DNA of 64,000 nucleotides from an uncultured Candidatus Saccharibacteria bacterium (GTDB taxonomy: Bacteria; Patescibacteriota; Doudnabacteria; UBA920). The notes under the pieces were generated by a model that made no database searches, had not been told where the DNA came from, and saw only the letters and a list, made by a program, of their open reading frames with translations. A program made the position numbers and the translations under genes. Shown here piece by piece: positions 8,614 through 17,907 of this stretch (positions within the stretch are counted from its first letter, which is position 1; every line of letters begins with the position of its first letter). The DNA lies in NCBI GenBank assembly GCA_964612745.1, contig CAZTCH010000006.1:5477-69476 (forward strand). Direction: 5' to 3'.

Positions 8614-10257
8614 TTAGGTTCTTCTGAGGTGCTTTTCGTAGTACTGCATGTCGGCGTCAGTTTTTTTGTGGGGGTTAAAGATATTGAGCGGGTCAAAGAT
8701 ATGTTTGACTTGTCGGAAGAGCTCCATCATGTGTGGGCCGTACATAAGTTCGAGGTATGGACCGCGGACAATGCCGTCGTTGTGTTCTGCAGTAATAGAC
8801 CCTTTGTACTGCATGACGAGCCTGAACACTTCTTCTGACAAACGAGTGACCGCTTCTCGCTCCGAATCTTTTTGCAGGTCCATGAGTGGCATGATGTGGA
8901 AGTTCGCATCGCCTGCATGTCCGGCAATGGTGTAGACGAATGAAGGGTATCGCGAAAAGATTTCATTTAGTTTTGGTAAAAACTCTGGTAGTTGGTCAGG
9001 ATGCACAATGACGTCTTCTATGAAGCACGCAGTAATCCGGTTTTTAGTGTGTTGGCGAAGGAGGTTGTAACTTTCACGGCGAATAGTCCAGTATTTCTTT
9101 GCTTCTGTTTCAGTGCGGGTGACTCTACTTGCAACGCCATGTGTCTGCTGGAGTGCTTCGGTAACTTGTGTTGCTTTTTGCGTGGCTTCGGCGTCTGTTT
9201 CGCCAGAAAATTCTGCGAGCAGTACCAGTCGGGGAATGCCTCCGGTGTAAGACATCCATAGTTCTGGTAAGAACTGCCACAAAAGCTGTAACGATTTACC
9301 ACCCATTTTTTGCATGAGCTCTGGCAAGTAGGTCAGTGCCAGTTTGAGAGTGTGGTCGTCGAACAATTCAAAGCTCTCTGGGCGGAATTTTTTAATGAAC
9401 GTGACAATGTCACCCAGTTTTTCTAGTGTGGGCAAGAACACCACGACTGTTCGGTGGTGCGGCAAAATGGGGGTGAGCTGAAAAGTGATGTCGGTAATGA
9501 TCCCTAAAGTACCTTGCGAGCCCACCAGTAGTTTGGTAAGGTCGAACGTTTTCCCGTCCCAGATTTTCCACAAATAGTATCCCGCTGAATTTTTGGAAGT
9601 AGATGGTTCTGCGGCCGTAATCAGTTCGCTGTGGGTAGAAATCAGGTGCCAGAGTTGGCGGTAAAGCTGCCCTTCGAATGTTGGTTCTTTGACTTTGTTT
9701 GCGAGCTGGCTTTCGGTGAGTGGGCGAATGGTGTATTCTTTGCCATCGGCGAGTACTACCGTCAGTTCTTTTACCCAGTCCACGACTTGGCCGTACGAGA
9801 GAGATTTTTCTCCGCCCGCATTGTTCCCGACCATGCCCCCAATACCGCAAATTGCTTTCGAGGCAGGGTAGGCGGGCATGAGCAGGTTTTGCGCTACGGT
9901 TACTGGCTCAAAGTCTCGGTAGTAAGCCCCCGGTTGGACACGAATGGTTTGTTCGGGGGTGACTTCGCCAATGTGGTTGAGGTGTTTGGTAAAGTCGAGC
10001 AAAATGCTTTCGGTAATGCTGCCGCCAGTCATGTCTGTTCCACCTGCTCGGGGAGTGAGCGAGGTTGGTCTTCCTGCTTTTGTTTCGGCGGTGGCAAACT
10101 CTACGAGACGAGTAATATCGGCAGTCGAAGCTGGTTGAGCGACGAGTTCAGGGGTGGCTTCAAAAATACTTGCATCGCGGGAAAATGCTTTTTTTGTTTC
10201 TGCGTCTTGGAGTAATTCTCCAGAAAAGTTTGGTATCAAATTTTGTATGTCTTTCAT
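8614..10257 (-). CDS. FAD-linked oxidase (GlcD/D-lactate dehydrogenase family).
   Basis: An N-terminal PCMH-type FAD-binding region (GGGTDMTGG) and a C-terminal oxidase domain (HAGDANFH). Confidence 0.88.
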   Translation of the reverse strand: MKDIQNLIPNFSGELLQDAETKKAFSRDASIFEATPELVAQPASTADITRLVEFATAETKAGRPTSLTPRAGGTDMTGGSITESILLDFTKHLNHIGEVTPEQTIRVQPGAYYRDFEPVTVAQNLLMPAYPASKAICGIGGMVGNNAGGEKSLSYGQVVDWVKELTVVLADGKEYTIRPLTESQLANKVKEPTFEGQLYRQLWHLISTHSELITAAEPSTSKNSAGYYLWKIWDGKTFDLTKLLVGSQGTLGIITDITFQLTPILPHHRTVVVFLPTLEKLGDIVTFIKKFRPESFELFDDHTLKLALTYLPELMQKMGGKSLQLLWQFLPELWMSYTGGIPRLVLLAEFSGETDAEATQKATQVTEALQQTHGVASRVTRTETEAKKYWTIRRESYNLLRQHTKNRITACFIEDVIVHPDQLPEFLPKLNEIFSRYPSFVYTIAGHAGDANFHIMPLMDLQKDSEREAVTRLSEEVFRLVMQYKGSITAEHNDGIVRGPYLELMYGPHMMELFRQVKHIFDPLNIFNPHKKTDADMQYYEKHLRRT

Positions 10258-10373
10258 GTGTGTAGTATATCATTCGTGTCGCATTCACCCGAAACGAATG
10301 TGTGTGTAGCGCCTCTTGTGGTTTCTCTGGTTTCGGTAGTTTGGTATACTATGACTTGAAGTAACGTTGTTAT

Positions 10374-10874
10374 ATGCCAAAACAGAAAAAACAAGCTCCA
10401 GTAGTCATACAGCCAAAGCCATCACGGTATCGGTTGGTGGCAAAGCGTAGTAGTGCCGGACTCGGGTTGTATACACTTGATGCAATACCGAAGGGCAAGA
10501 AAATAATTCAGTACGGTGGGTACAAGATTACCAACGACGAAGCAGACCAAAAGGGCGGCAAGTATTTATTCGAAATTATAGAGAGTGAATTTACTATAGA
10601 CGGTACGCCACGGTGGAACTTGGCGCGGTATGCCAACCATTCGTGTAAGCCAAATGCAGAAGCAGTATGGTACGGGCACGATGTGTGGATTTGTTCCAAG
10701 CGAGGGATTAAGGCAGGAGAAGAGTTAACGTACAATTACGGGAAAACATATTTTAACGATATCATTGGTGGGGAAAAGCACTGCCAGTGTGTGGTGCACA
10801 AGCCACGCAAAGGCACACTCGGGGTGCTGACCGAAGCAGAGCAAGCAAAGTTTGCGCGTAAATTTGCCAAATAA
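10374..10874 (+). CDS. SET-domain protein (putative protein-lysine methyltransferase).
   Basis: NHSCKPNAEAV...GEELTYNYG followed by a Cys-containing post-SET motif CQCVVHK. Confidence 0.85.
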   Translation: MPKQKKQAPVVIQPKPSRYRLVAKRSSAGLGLYTLDAIPKGKKIIQYGGYKITNDEADQKGGKYLFEIIESEFTIDGTPRWNLARYANHSCKPNAEAVWYGHDVWICSKRGIKAGEELTYNYGKTYFNDIIGGEKHCQCVVHKPRKGTLGVLTEAEQAKFARKFAK

Positions 10875-10927
10875 TCGCAACTTCCGTACTATTTTAGATA
10901 TAAAGTAAGCAGTAAGACACAAGACAT

Positions 10928-11299
10928 ATGATGAAAGGTTTTCGAGATTTTATAATGCGAGGTAACGTAGTAGACCTTGCTGTTGGTGTAGTTATTGGTA
11001 GTGCATTTGGCACCGTAGTAGCGAGCTTGGTCAAAGACATTCTGACTCCACTGATTGGTGCAATTGCCAAAGTGCCAGATTTTTCTGGTTTAGCCTTTAC
11101 CATCAACGGTAGTCAGTTTATGTACGGTGTGTTCATTAACGCACTTATCGCATTTGTATTGGTCGCTGCTGCAATCTATTTCTTTGTGGTTGTTCCTATG
11201 AACAAGCTCATGGCACGAGTAAAGAAGGGTGAAGAAAAAGCAGAAGTTCCTGCAGACATCCAACTGCTCACCGAAATCCGCGACGCACTTCGCAAGTAG
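10928..11299 (+). CDS. mscL: Large-conductance mechanosensitive channel MscL.
   Basis: FRDFIMRGNVVDLAVGVVIGSAFGTVVASLVKDILTPLIG is the canonical MscL N-terminus. Confidence 0.9.
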   Translation: MMKGFRDFIMRGNVVDLAVGVVIGSAFGTVVASLVKDILTPLIGAIAKVPDFSGLAFTINGSQFMYGVFINALIAFVLVAAAIYFFVVVPMNKLMARVKKGEEKAEVPADIQLLTEIRDALRK

Positions 11300-11311
11300 T
11301 CTAGTATTTTA

Positions 11312-11344
11312 AAAACTCTACCGAAATTCGGTAGAGTTTTTTTA
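11312..11344. terminator. Bidirectional terminator hairpin (AAACTCTACCGAAATTCGGTAGAGTTT).
   Basis: An 11-bp stem plus a T-run between convergent mscL and rsgA. Confidence 0.7.
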
Positions 11345-12436
11345 TTGGGCGCGTTGCAAATTTTTCCCCCGTTTGTGCTGTACCGCTTTCCGTACGTCTT
11401 GGGCGCGCTTCTTTTCGCGCTTCTTTCTGGCAAGGCCGGTTTCATACGAATGCGTCGTGCTATGTTTCTCTAACTCTGTTTTTAGCTTCAGGAAGCTGGC
11501 GAGTCGCTCGGGGGCGAGTGTGCCGGTGGCTACTGCGTGTTGGAGTGCGCAACCGACGCTTTTCTGGTGATCACAGTTTTGGAATTTACACGTCAGGCTC
11601 AAATTTTCTAGATCATCAAACGCTGCGTTGAGTTCTGTAGTGTTGTCTGCCCAGAGTTGTAGTTCGCGCATCCCTGGGGTGTCTATGATGACGCCACCAG
11701 CAGCAAGGACAATCAGGTCTCGGGTGGTAGTCGTATGTCTGCCTTTTTGGTCACTACTGCGCACAGCTTGGGTTTTGATTTGGTTTTCCCCAATAAGTGC
11801 ATTAATCAAGCTGGATTTCCCAACCCCAGACGGGCCCAAAATGGCAGCGGTGCGCCCTGCGGAGAGCAGTGCTTGGATTGCGGCAATACCATCGCCAGTT
11901 ACGGTGCTGGCAGTTTTTACGTCGAGCTCCGGAAAGCGGGCAGTTGCAGCTGCAAGGAGTTCTGCTATCTGCTCTTTGGTACAGGTGTCACTTTTGGTAA
12001 AGATGAGTGTTGCAGGGAGGTGCGCAGATTCTGGTACTACTAAGAATCGTTCAATGCGGTTCGGGTCAAAGTCTCCTGCAGCACTTTCGGCAATAAACAC
12101 ATGGTCGACGTTCGTAGCAAGGATTTGTGCTTCGAGTCGTTTACCAGCGCGCTTGCGAGCGAGTTCGCTAAAGCGAGGGAGTACAGTAGTTATTTTAACT
12201 TTCTGTTCCCCTTGGAGTGCTTCCAGTGTGACCCAGTCTCCGGTCTTTGGCCTGTCGGCGCTATTGCTTCCTGCGATAAGCGTTTTGGGAGCAACGGCTT
12301 CATGGGGTCCTGACTCGGTGAGTACGGTGTAGCGTGTGCCAAACTCAGTCACAATACGACCAATACCAGCAGGGTCAATACTGCTGTCGGTTTGGGAAAG
12401 GTAGTGAGAAAGCCCAGCTTGTTCTAGAATGTTCAT
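11342..12436 (-). CDS. rsgA: Ribosome small-subunit-dependent GTPase A (circularly permuted GTPase).
   Basis: GPSGVGKSSLINAL P-loop, a C-terminal zinc-ribbon motif CKFQNCDHQ...GCAL, and a basic tail. Confidence 0.9.
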   Translation of the reverse strand: MNILEQAGLSHYLSQTDSSIDPAGIGRIVTEFGTRYTVLTESGPHEAVAPKTLIAGSNSADRPKTGDWVTLEALQGEQKVKITTVLPRFSELARKRAGKRLEAQILATNVDHVFIAESAAGDFDPNRIERFLVVPESAHLPATLIFTKSDTCTKEQIAELLAAATARFPELDVKTASTVTGDGIAAIQALLSAGRTAAILGPSGVGKSSLINALIGENQIKTQAVRSSDQKGRHTTTTRDLIVLAAGGVIIDTPGMRELQLWADNTTELNAAFDDLENLSLTCKFQNCDHQKSVGCALQHAVATGTLAPERLASFLKLKTELEKHSTTHSYETGLARKKREKKRAQDVRKAVQHKRGKNLQRAQ

Positions 12437-12479
12437 TATTGGTATAGTACCAGAAGAAAGTGGACAGTGTATAGGGAGT

Positions 12480-12765
12480 AGAGATAGTGAATAGTAAGTA
12501 GGAATTAGGTTGAAGGGGACTTCACGTCGTCACGTCTTACAGTCTTCACGTCGTCACGTCATAAAGTCGTAAAGTCTTAACGTTGAGAGGTAAATGCAGT
12601 ACTGAGGAAGAAGTAAAAATTAAAAATTATACTCTTTCTTAGCCCTTAGCGCTCTACATTCTCTCTACCCTCCCTCCTTCGCTAAAGCTTCGGCGGGCCC
12701 CGCTTTTCAAAGCTCCGCTCTAATTCTTCTAATTCTTCTATTTCTTCTAACTCTTCTATTATTCC
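12480..12765. repeat. Repeat-rich intergenic region. It contains tandem CTTCACGTCGTCACGTC units and hexamer tracts of the TTCTTCT/TTCTAAC type, and shares modules with 3265-3340 and 40560-40830.
   Basis: The tandem repeats are visible directly. Shared words include AGGAATTAGGTTG and TTCTAACTCTTCT. Confidence 0.55.
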
Positions 12766-13074
12766 ATGTTCAAACAAACCGTGTTACAAATTATTTCAGC
12801 CATTCCTGCGGGGAAGGTCATGTCCTACGGGCAGGTGGCAGCAGCAGCGGGGAGTCCACGTGCAGCTAGACAAGTGGGGAGTATTTTAATGCGAGCGGAT
12901 TTTGGTGTGGTGCCGTGGTGGCGGGTGCTCAATAACGCAGGGTTTATTTCGATTAAAGGGAACTTCGAAGCAACACCAACGAGGCAGAAAGAATTACTCC
13001 AAAGCGAAGGGGTCGTGGTGAGCTTGGATATGCAAGTAGATATGGCGCAGTATCGCTATATTCCTCGTAGCTAA
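12766..13074 (+). CDS. Alkyltransferase-like protein (MGMT DNA-binding-domain family lacking the acceptor Cys).
   Basis: An MGMT-type helix-turn-helix (SYGQVAAAAGSPRAARQVGS) is present. The active-site PCHRV is replaced by VPWWRVL, as in ATL proteins. Confidence 0.75.
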   Translation: MFKQTVLQIISAIPAGKVMSYGQVAAAAGSPRAARQVGSILMRADFGVVPWWRVLNNAGFISIKGNFEATPTRQKELLQSEGVVVSLDMQVDMAQYRYIPRS

Positions 13075-13414
13075 GCAGGAATACCGCCGTCACAGCTATT
13101 TACAGCCACTAGTTTTTGTGATATAATAACAACAAGTTACATTCTTGTGCGCCGTGTGCAAGTGCCATGTTTGGCGCTTTTTTATACACCGCGCTGCCGA
13201 CAAACGTTGTTTGTGGGAAATTGTTGCAGGACATACTTTAGGACTCCTAAGGTCTACAATCTTGGACGGTAGAAATTTTTTATTATTTATGTGCCGCTTT
13301 GTGGCATACATATATTTCTTGCCGTCATTCGCAGTGCTTACAGGCACCAGTATTTTGTTTGGTTTTTGTGAATGCGAATAGCTATTGGTGTAACCAAAGA
13401 AGGCAAGACTATAT

Positions 13415-14740
13415 ATGACAAAATCACAAGACGCTGCTCCAGAAGAGCAGGTAGATGGTGCAGAAGAAACATTTAACGATTTGGGGATTCACCCTTCGTT
13501 TTTAGCTATGTTGAATCGTGCTGGGTTTACGACTCCAACACCAATTCAGCAGCAATCAATCCCTATTAGCGTAAAAGGGGAAGACGTATTGGGTATCGCG
13601 CAAACTGGTACTGGTAAGACGTTGGCGTTTGGTATTCCAATGATCCAACGACTGGTGACCGAAGGTGGTACCGGTTTGGTAGTGTTACCAACCCGCGAAC
13701 TGGCAGTGCAGGTAGATAGCTCACTCATGCGCATTGGTAAAGAGTTGGGTTTGAAGACTGCGCTCTTAATTGGTGGTGAACCAATTAGCAAACAGTTGCG
13801 CGCGCTTCGTGCCAAGCCACATATTTTTATTGTGACCCCAGGACGCTTAATTGACCACATGGAGCAGAAGACACTACAGCTTTCCGAAGTGAAGGTGTTA
13901 GTGTTGGACGAAGCTGACCGCATGCTCGACATGGGTTTTGCTCCACAGCTCAAGCGCATTATGCAAGAAGTGCCAACAGAACGACAGACTTTGTTGTTCT
14001 CCGCTACTATGCCAGAAGACATTATCCAAATTGCAAAAAACTTTATGCATATTCCTGTGCGTGTAGAAGTCGCCCGTCCAGGGACTGCTGCAAGTACGAT
14101 TACGCAAGAAGTTGTGTTTGTGCACCGCTCCGAAAAGTTGGCTGCACTGCGCATGTTGTTAAAAGAAGAAATAGGTAAAATTTTAGTGTTTACCCGTACC
14201 AAATTTGGTGCAAAGAAAGTAGCAAAAGCAATTCGCGATTGGGGATTGAGTTCTGTAGAAATTCACTCCAACCGTAGCTTGAGCCAAAGACTTGCAGCGC
14301 TGCAAGGGTTCAAAATGGGCAAATTCAAAGTACTTGTTGCCACAGACATTGCTGCTCGCGGTATAGACGCTTCGGGGATTGCGCTGGTTATTAACTATGA
14401 CTTGCCAACCCAAGCAGAAGACTATGTACACCGTATTGGTCGTACTGGACGCGCAGGTAAATCTGGAAAAGCGATTGCACTTGCAACGCTCGAAGAAAAG
14501 CGTGACGTGCGCGATATCGAACGTTTGCTTGGGCAAATGTTACCTGTGCGCCGCATGGATAGCATTGAACGGTTACCAAAACTGACTCCAGAACAACAAG
14601 CAGAAGACGAACGTTCCGAACGCCTTGAACGCGCACCTCGTGGTGGCGGTCGCGGTGGGTTCGGTGGTCGCTCTGGTGGGGGACGTGGTGGTGCACCTCG
14701 TGGAGGCTTCGCTTCCCGTGGTCGTGGCCGTAGATTCTAG
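13415..14740 (+). CDS. DEAD-box ATP-dependent RNA helicase with a C-terminal RGG/Gly-Arg-rich tail.
   Basis: Motifs AQTGTGKT, PTRELA, DEAD (VLDEADRML), SAT, HRIGRTGRAG, plus a GGRGGFGGRSGGGRGG tail. Confidence 0.92.
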   Translation: MTKSQDAAPEEQVDGAEETFNDLGIHPSFLAMLNRAGFTTPTPIQQQSIPISVKGEDVLGIAQTGTGKTLAFGIPMIQRLVTEGGTGLVVLPTRELAVQVDSSLMRIGKELGLKTALLIGGEPISKQLRALRAKPHIFIVTPGRLIDHMEQKTLQLSEVKVLVLDEADRMLDMGFAPQLKRIMQEVPTERQTLLFSATMPEDIIQIAKNFMHIPVRVEVARPGTAASTITQEVVFVHRSEKLAALRMLLKEEIGKILVFTRTKFGAKKVAKAIRDWGLSSVEIHSNRSLSQRLAALQGFKMGKFKVLVATDIAARGIDASGIALVINYDLPTQAEDYVHRIGRTGRAGKSGKAIALATLEEKRDVRDIERLLGQMLPVRRMDSIERLPKLTPEQQAEDERSERLERAPRGGGRGGFGGRSGGGRGGAPRGGFASRGRGRRF

Positions 14741-15152
14741 TTTTTATACAAGCTTGGGGCACTGTCCCAAGCTTGTTTTCTTGCTCAGGGAAGCAGATAC
14801 TATATATGGAGGCTGTACTTTCTAAATCGACCCAAAACGCATATGTCCGAACTAGATGACGAAGCGGAAGCGGCTGCAGAACTAGCGAAACAAGCAGAGC
14901 AAACTGCTGCAGATGCTGCACAAGCAGCAGCAGACGAGCATAGGGCTAAAGCGACAGGCGAGGATACTGGTTCCACTAATAAGGACGAGTCGTATATCCC
15001 AATCATAAGTGATTTGCTACCTTAAAGTGTAGAAAGCACAACACCGCACGCTGAACAGCTTGCGGTGTTGCCTTTTTCTAGCCGAATTTGCTATAATAGG
15101 GAAGCAATAATTTGTCCTGATTTGGCCAGTATATTGCACTATGTGAACATAT

Positions 15153-15227
15153 TCGGGAGTAGCTCAGCGGTAGAGCGGCACGCTGTTAACGTGATGGTCC
15201 TGGGTTCGATCCCCAGCTCCCGAGCCA
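15153..15227 (+). tRNA. tRNA-Asn (anticodon GTT), with an encoded CCA end.
   Basis: Manual cloverleaf folding: acceptor TCGGGAG/CTCCCGA, D-arm GCTC/GAGC, anticodon loop CTGTTAA, T-arm CTGGG-TTCGATC-CCCAG, and a CCA 3' end. Confidence 0.85.
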
Positions 15228-15786
15228 AGTAAGACGACTAGTAGAAATGCTAGTCGTTTTGCTTTGAATGGTTGCGAGATTAAATACTAAATCAAAAGGT
15301 TTTTTGAGTGTAAAGCTCAGTTCTTTACCGTTCAAAGTAGGGTTCTGAAGTAGGTAGTTTAAGAATGCTCGTTTTCCTGCAACTTCAGAACTAGTGTCAA
15401 AGATTGCCTTTGCCCGTTTAGCCACTGAAAGTACTGTAGTTACTGTTGTTTTGTAATCATAATCGGCCCTACTATGTTCTGACATCTCAATTTCCAGCGT
15501 TTGGATCTGGTCGTGTAGCTTCTGATGTTTTATGTCATATTCATCCTTAGTAATTCCCATTCACCAGAATTGTCCAACCATTCTGTACATCTCTAGTAGC
15601 ACACGCAGAAATGGAATTAGTTATTTCAGGCTCATGAGTTGTAAATATAGTTGTATCGGGAACATACAATTGGACTACTTTTGTAATTGGTATTGGGAGC
15701 GTAATTGGTAGTGACTCATGCGCTTCATCCAATATCTGTTTTGCTTTATAAGCACACTTATTAATCCAGTCTTTTGTTGGGTACAT
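15186..15786 (-). pseudogene. Two overlapping out-of-frame ORFs (79 aa and 124 aa), possibly a disrupted recombinase remnant. The downstream ORF runs 42 nt into the tRNA-Asn 3' end.
   Basis: The ORFs overlap by 14 nt in different frames. The C-terminal ...KRAFLNYLLQNPTLNGKELSFTLKKPFDLVF resembles the C-terminal tail of large serine recombinases, but the resemblance is weak. Overlap with a tRNA 3' end is typical of integration sites. Confidence 0.3.
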
Positions 15787-15807
15787 GACAGTTCTTCGGC
15801 AAGTATT

Positions 15808-16149
15808 CTACTTGTTGATGGTATTCTTAATGGATAAAATGTATTGTTCAACTTTTTTTACCTGTGCTTCACTTAAGTCGTATTTTGCCCGTAAAACAAT
15901 CGCTACGTTCGAGTTATCTTTAATGTAGTCTTCTTTGGTGATGCCAGCTCTATTTAAAATCAGTTCTAAAGGTAAAGATAGGCCCTCAGCTATTTTCTGT
16001 AATGTTTTTATGGTAGGGGAGCCCTCTGTATAATCGCCAGCTTCAAGTCTGGAGATGTACCCACGTGTAAGACCAGCCTTTTGGGCCAAAACTTCTTGGG
16101 TTAAATCTTTTTCTTCGCGAAGAGATTTTATGACTTGATGTAGTTTCAT
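15808..16149 (-). CDS. XRE-family helix-turn-helix transcriptional regulator.
   Basis: LTQEVLAQKAGLTRGYISRLEAG is an HTH_XRE signature. The gene is divergent from the downstream plus-strand cluster. Confidence 0.8.
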   Translation of the reverse strand: MKLHQVIKSLREEKDLTQEVLAQKAGLTRGYISRLEAGDYTEGSPTIKTLQKIAEGLSLPLELILNRAGITKEDYIKDNSNVAIVLRAKYDLSEAQVKKVEQYILSIKNTINK

Positions 16150-16313
16150 AGTACAAATAATATATTGCGTTACTATAGTAAGGTTACCACAGTAACTATT
16201 TCTTTGCAAGTCATTAAGTGATGGGCTGCTATTCGTCTAATTTCTTGCTATAATTGGTGCTAATAAAATTAACTACAATTGTACGACTACCATTCCCGTA
16301 CAGGTTAAATTAT

Positions 16314-17045
16314 ATGATTACACTCATTGAACCATTTGGCTACCACATTTCTACCAACACCATAGGCGAAGCGTGGCATGAACTATTCTCCACTGTTTTG
16401 GAGCATGGGGCCGTTGAATTTGACGAAGGACGAGAAAGGTTGGCTCTACAAATGGTTAGGATTCATTCTAAGTCTCAAAACTTCCCGGACGCAATTATAC
16501 AAAAATTTGGTAACGAGAAGAATCTTCAGTCGATAATTGAGCTCACATTTGGCGATCGCACTATGTACGATGTAGACGTAGTGAAAAGCTTCACAGTAGG
16601 CGCTAAAAGCTATTTCGCACGTTTAGAAGAAGGTAGGATGGTGGAGTTTGTCGTAGACCGCTTAAGCATTATCCCAGAGAGCAAAAAAGCAGTTATCGTA
16701 TTTCCAACGTACGAAGACTATCGTGCAATACTTACGAACCACACCAATGACTACCTCCCTTGTATTGTTTCTATACAATACAGAATGCGGCCTAATAATG
16801 GCGGTTGGTTGCTGAATACAATATTCAACATGCGCTCGCTCGATGCCTACCAGAAAGCGCACGGTAATTTAGCTGCGATGGCCATCTTAACAAGTAATAT
16901 CGCAGAACAAATAAGCAAAAGGCTAGGGGTGGAAGTAGTACCTGGTACCATAGACGGTTTGATAGTGGACGCCCATATATATAACGAAACAGTAAGCGAG
17001 GCAAAAGATAAAGTACAATTAATCAAAAGTGAATTACATGATTAA
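16314..17045 (+). CDS. Divergent thymidylate-synthase-fold enzyme (ThyA/dUMP hydroxymethylase family).
   Basis: ...LPCIVSIQYR...MRSLDAYQKAHGN...DAHIY aligns to the ThyA segments PCH-FQF, RSxD, GxPxN and DTHLY. The catalytic Cys and the pyrimidine-binding Asn are retained. The rest of the protein is far from canonical ThyA. Confidence 0.8.
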   Translation: MITLIEPFGYHISTNTIGEAWHELFSTVLEHGAVEFDEGRERLALQMVRIHSKSQNFPDAIIQKFGNEKNLQSIIELTFGDRTMYDVDVVKSFTVGAKSYFARLEEGRMVEFVVDRLSIIPESKKAVIVFPTYEDYRAILTNHTNDYLPCIVSIQYRMRPNNGGWLLNTIFNMRSLDAYQKAHGNLAAMAILTSNIAEQISKRLGVEVVPGTIDGLIVDAHIYNETVSEAKDKVQLIKSELHD

Positions 17046-17892
17046 TCCTAAGAGTCGGGATGAGATTACTCGCAGCCTAGAGAAAAGAACCAAGGAAAAC
17101 TTAGACTCACTACAGATTATCGAAGATGCTCTATTAGTATTGAGAAGCTCCATCTTCCAGATGCCAGAACCAGGTACTCGCGTAGTTACTTCTCTTTCCG
17201 GAGGGGTGGATTCCGTAGCTTGTTGTGCTATATTGCTGGAAGCCTTTCAGTTAGAAGTGTTTCCATTTTTTATCAATCGGGGTCATCGCGCAAAGGATAG
17301 AGAAATGGAAAGTATTCAATTTTTCGCCGATTTATTTTCTAAAAGATATCCTAACTCTTTCCATGCGCCCGTTGTAATGAATGTGGATATTCCGCCAAAG
17401 TCTATCAAGCCACTTTTGGATGGGAATAAGAACCATGACGTAGGAATACCTATGAGGAATTCCATAATAAATGAATACGGTGTGCAGTATGCCTTTGCTT
17501 TGAGCAGTAAAGCATCCCCGGTAAGAAATGTCTTCTGTGCTTTAGTTGCGTCAGATGGGGACTTTATGTTCCACTCTACTCTAACGGCGTTGCGTTCACA
17601 GATGCTCCATACTTGTATAGATATGTCTGACTCCTCGTGGCAGGTCAGTTCTGTTGCTATCGAACGAGAAATCGGACATTACTTAGACAAGGCAGATTTA
17701 ATTCAAATAGCTGCTGGTATGGACATGCCACTTGAACGCTCTAGAACCTGCTATAGCGCTGACATACTTCACTGCGGCGCTTGTGAGGCATGTTATGACA
17801 GAAAGTCCGCATTCGAAAAAGCAGGGATTCAGGATAAAACAGAATACACTGATACACGTTCAGCCGCGTTAATTAAACCAAGCTATTTATAA
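17029..17892 (+). CDS. QueC-like PP-loop ATPase (7-cyano-7-deazaguanine synthase family).
   Basis: SGGVDS PP-loop, an IPMRN motif, and a C-terminal zinc-binding CYSADILHCGACEACYDR typical of QueC. Confidence 0.8.
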   Translation: MNYMINPKSRDEITRSLEKRTKENLDSLQIIEDALLVLRSSIFQMPEPGTRVVTSLSGGVDSVACCAILLEAFQLEVFPFFINRGHRAKDREMESIQFFADLFSKRYPNSFHAPVVMNVDIPPKSIKPLLDGNKNHDVGIPMRNSIINEYGVQYAFALSSKASPVRNVFCALVASDGDFMFHSTLTALRSQMLHTCIDMSDSSWQVSSVAIEREIGHYLDKADLIQIAAGMDMPLERSRTCYSADILHCGACEACYDRKSAFEKAGIQDKTEYTDTRSAALIKPSYL

Positions 17893-17907
17893 AAAAGACT
17901 AACTTGT

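Noticed and set aside
13546-14202. 218-aa minus-strand ORF, and similar long antisense ORFs at 11628-12332 (antisense to rsgA) and 28461-29234 (antisense to the VOC and membrane genes).
   Set aside because: Each lies entirely antisense to a well-supported gene with strong motifs. They are typical shadow ORFs.
17029-17892. Reading the QueC-like gene plus the ThyA-fold gene as evidence for a 7-deazaguanine (dpd) DNA-modification system.
   Set aside because: No dpdA/tgt-like transglycosylase, queD/queE or folE is present in the window. The PP-loop protein alone is insufficient, so I kept to the broader nucleotide-modification hypothesis.
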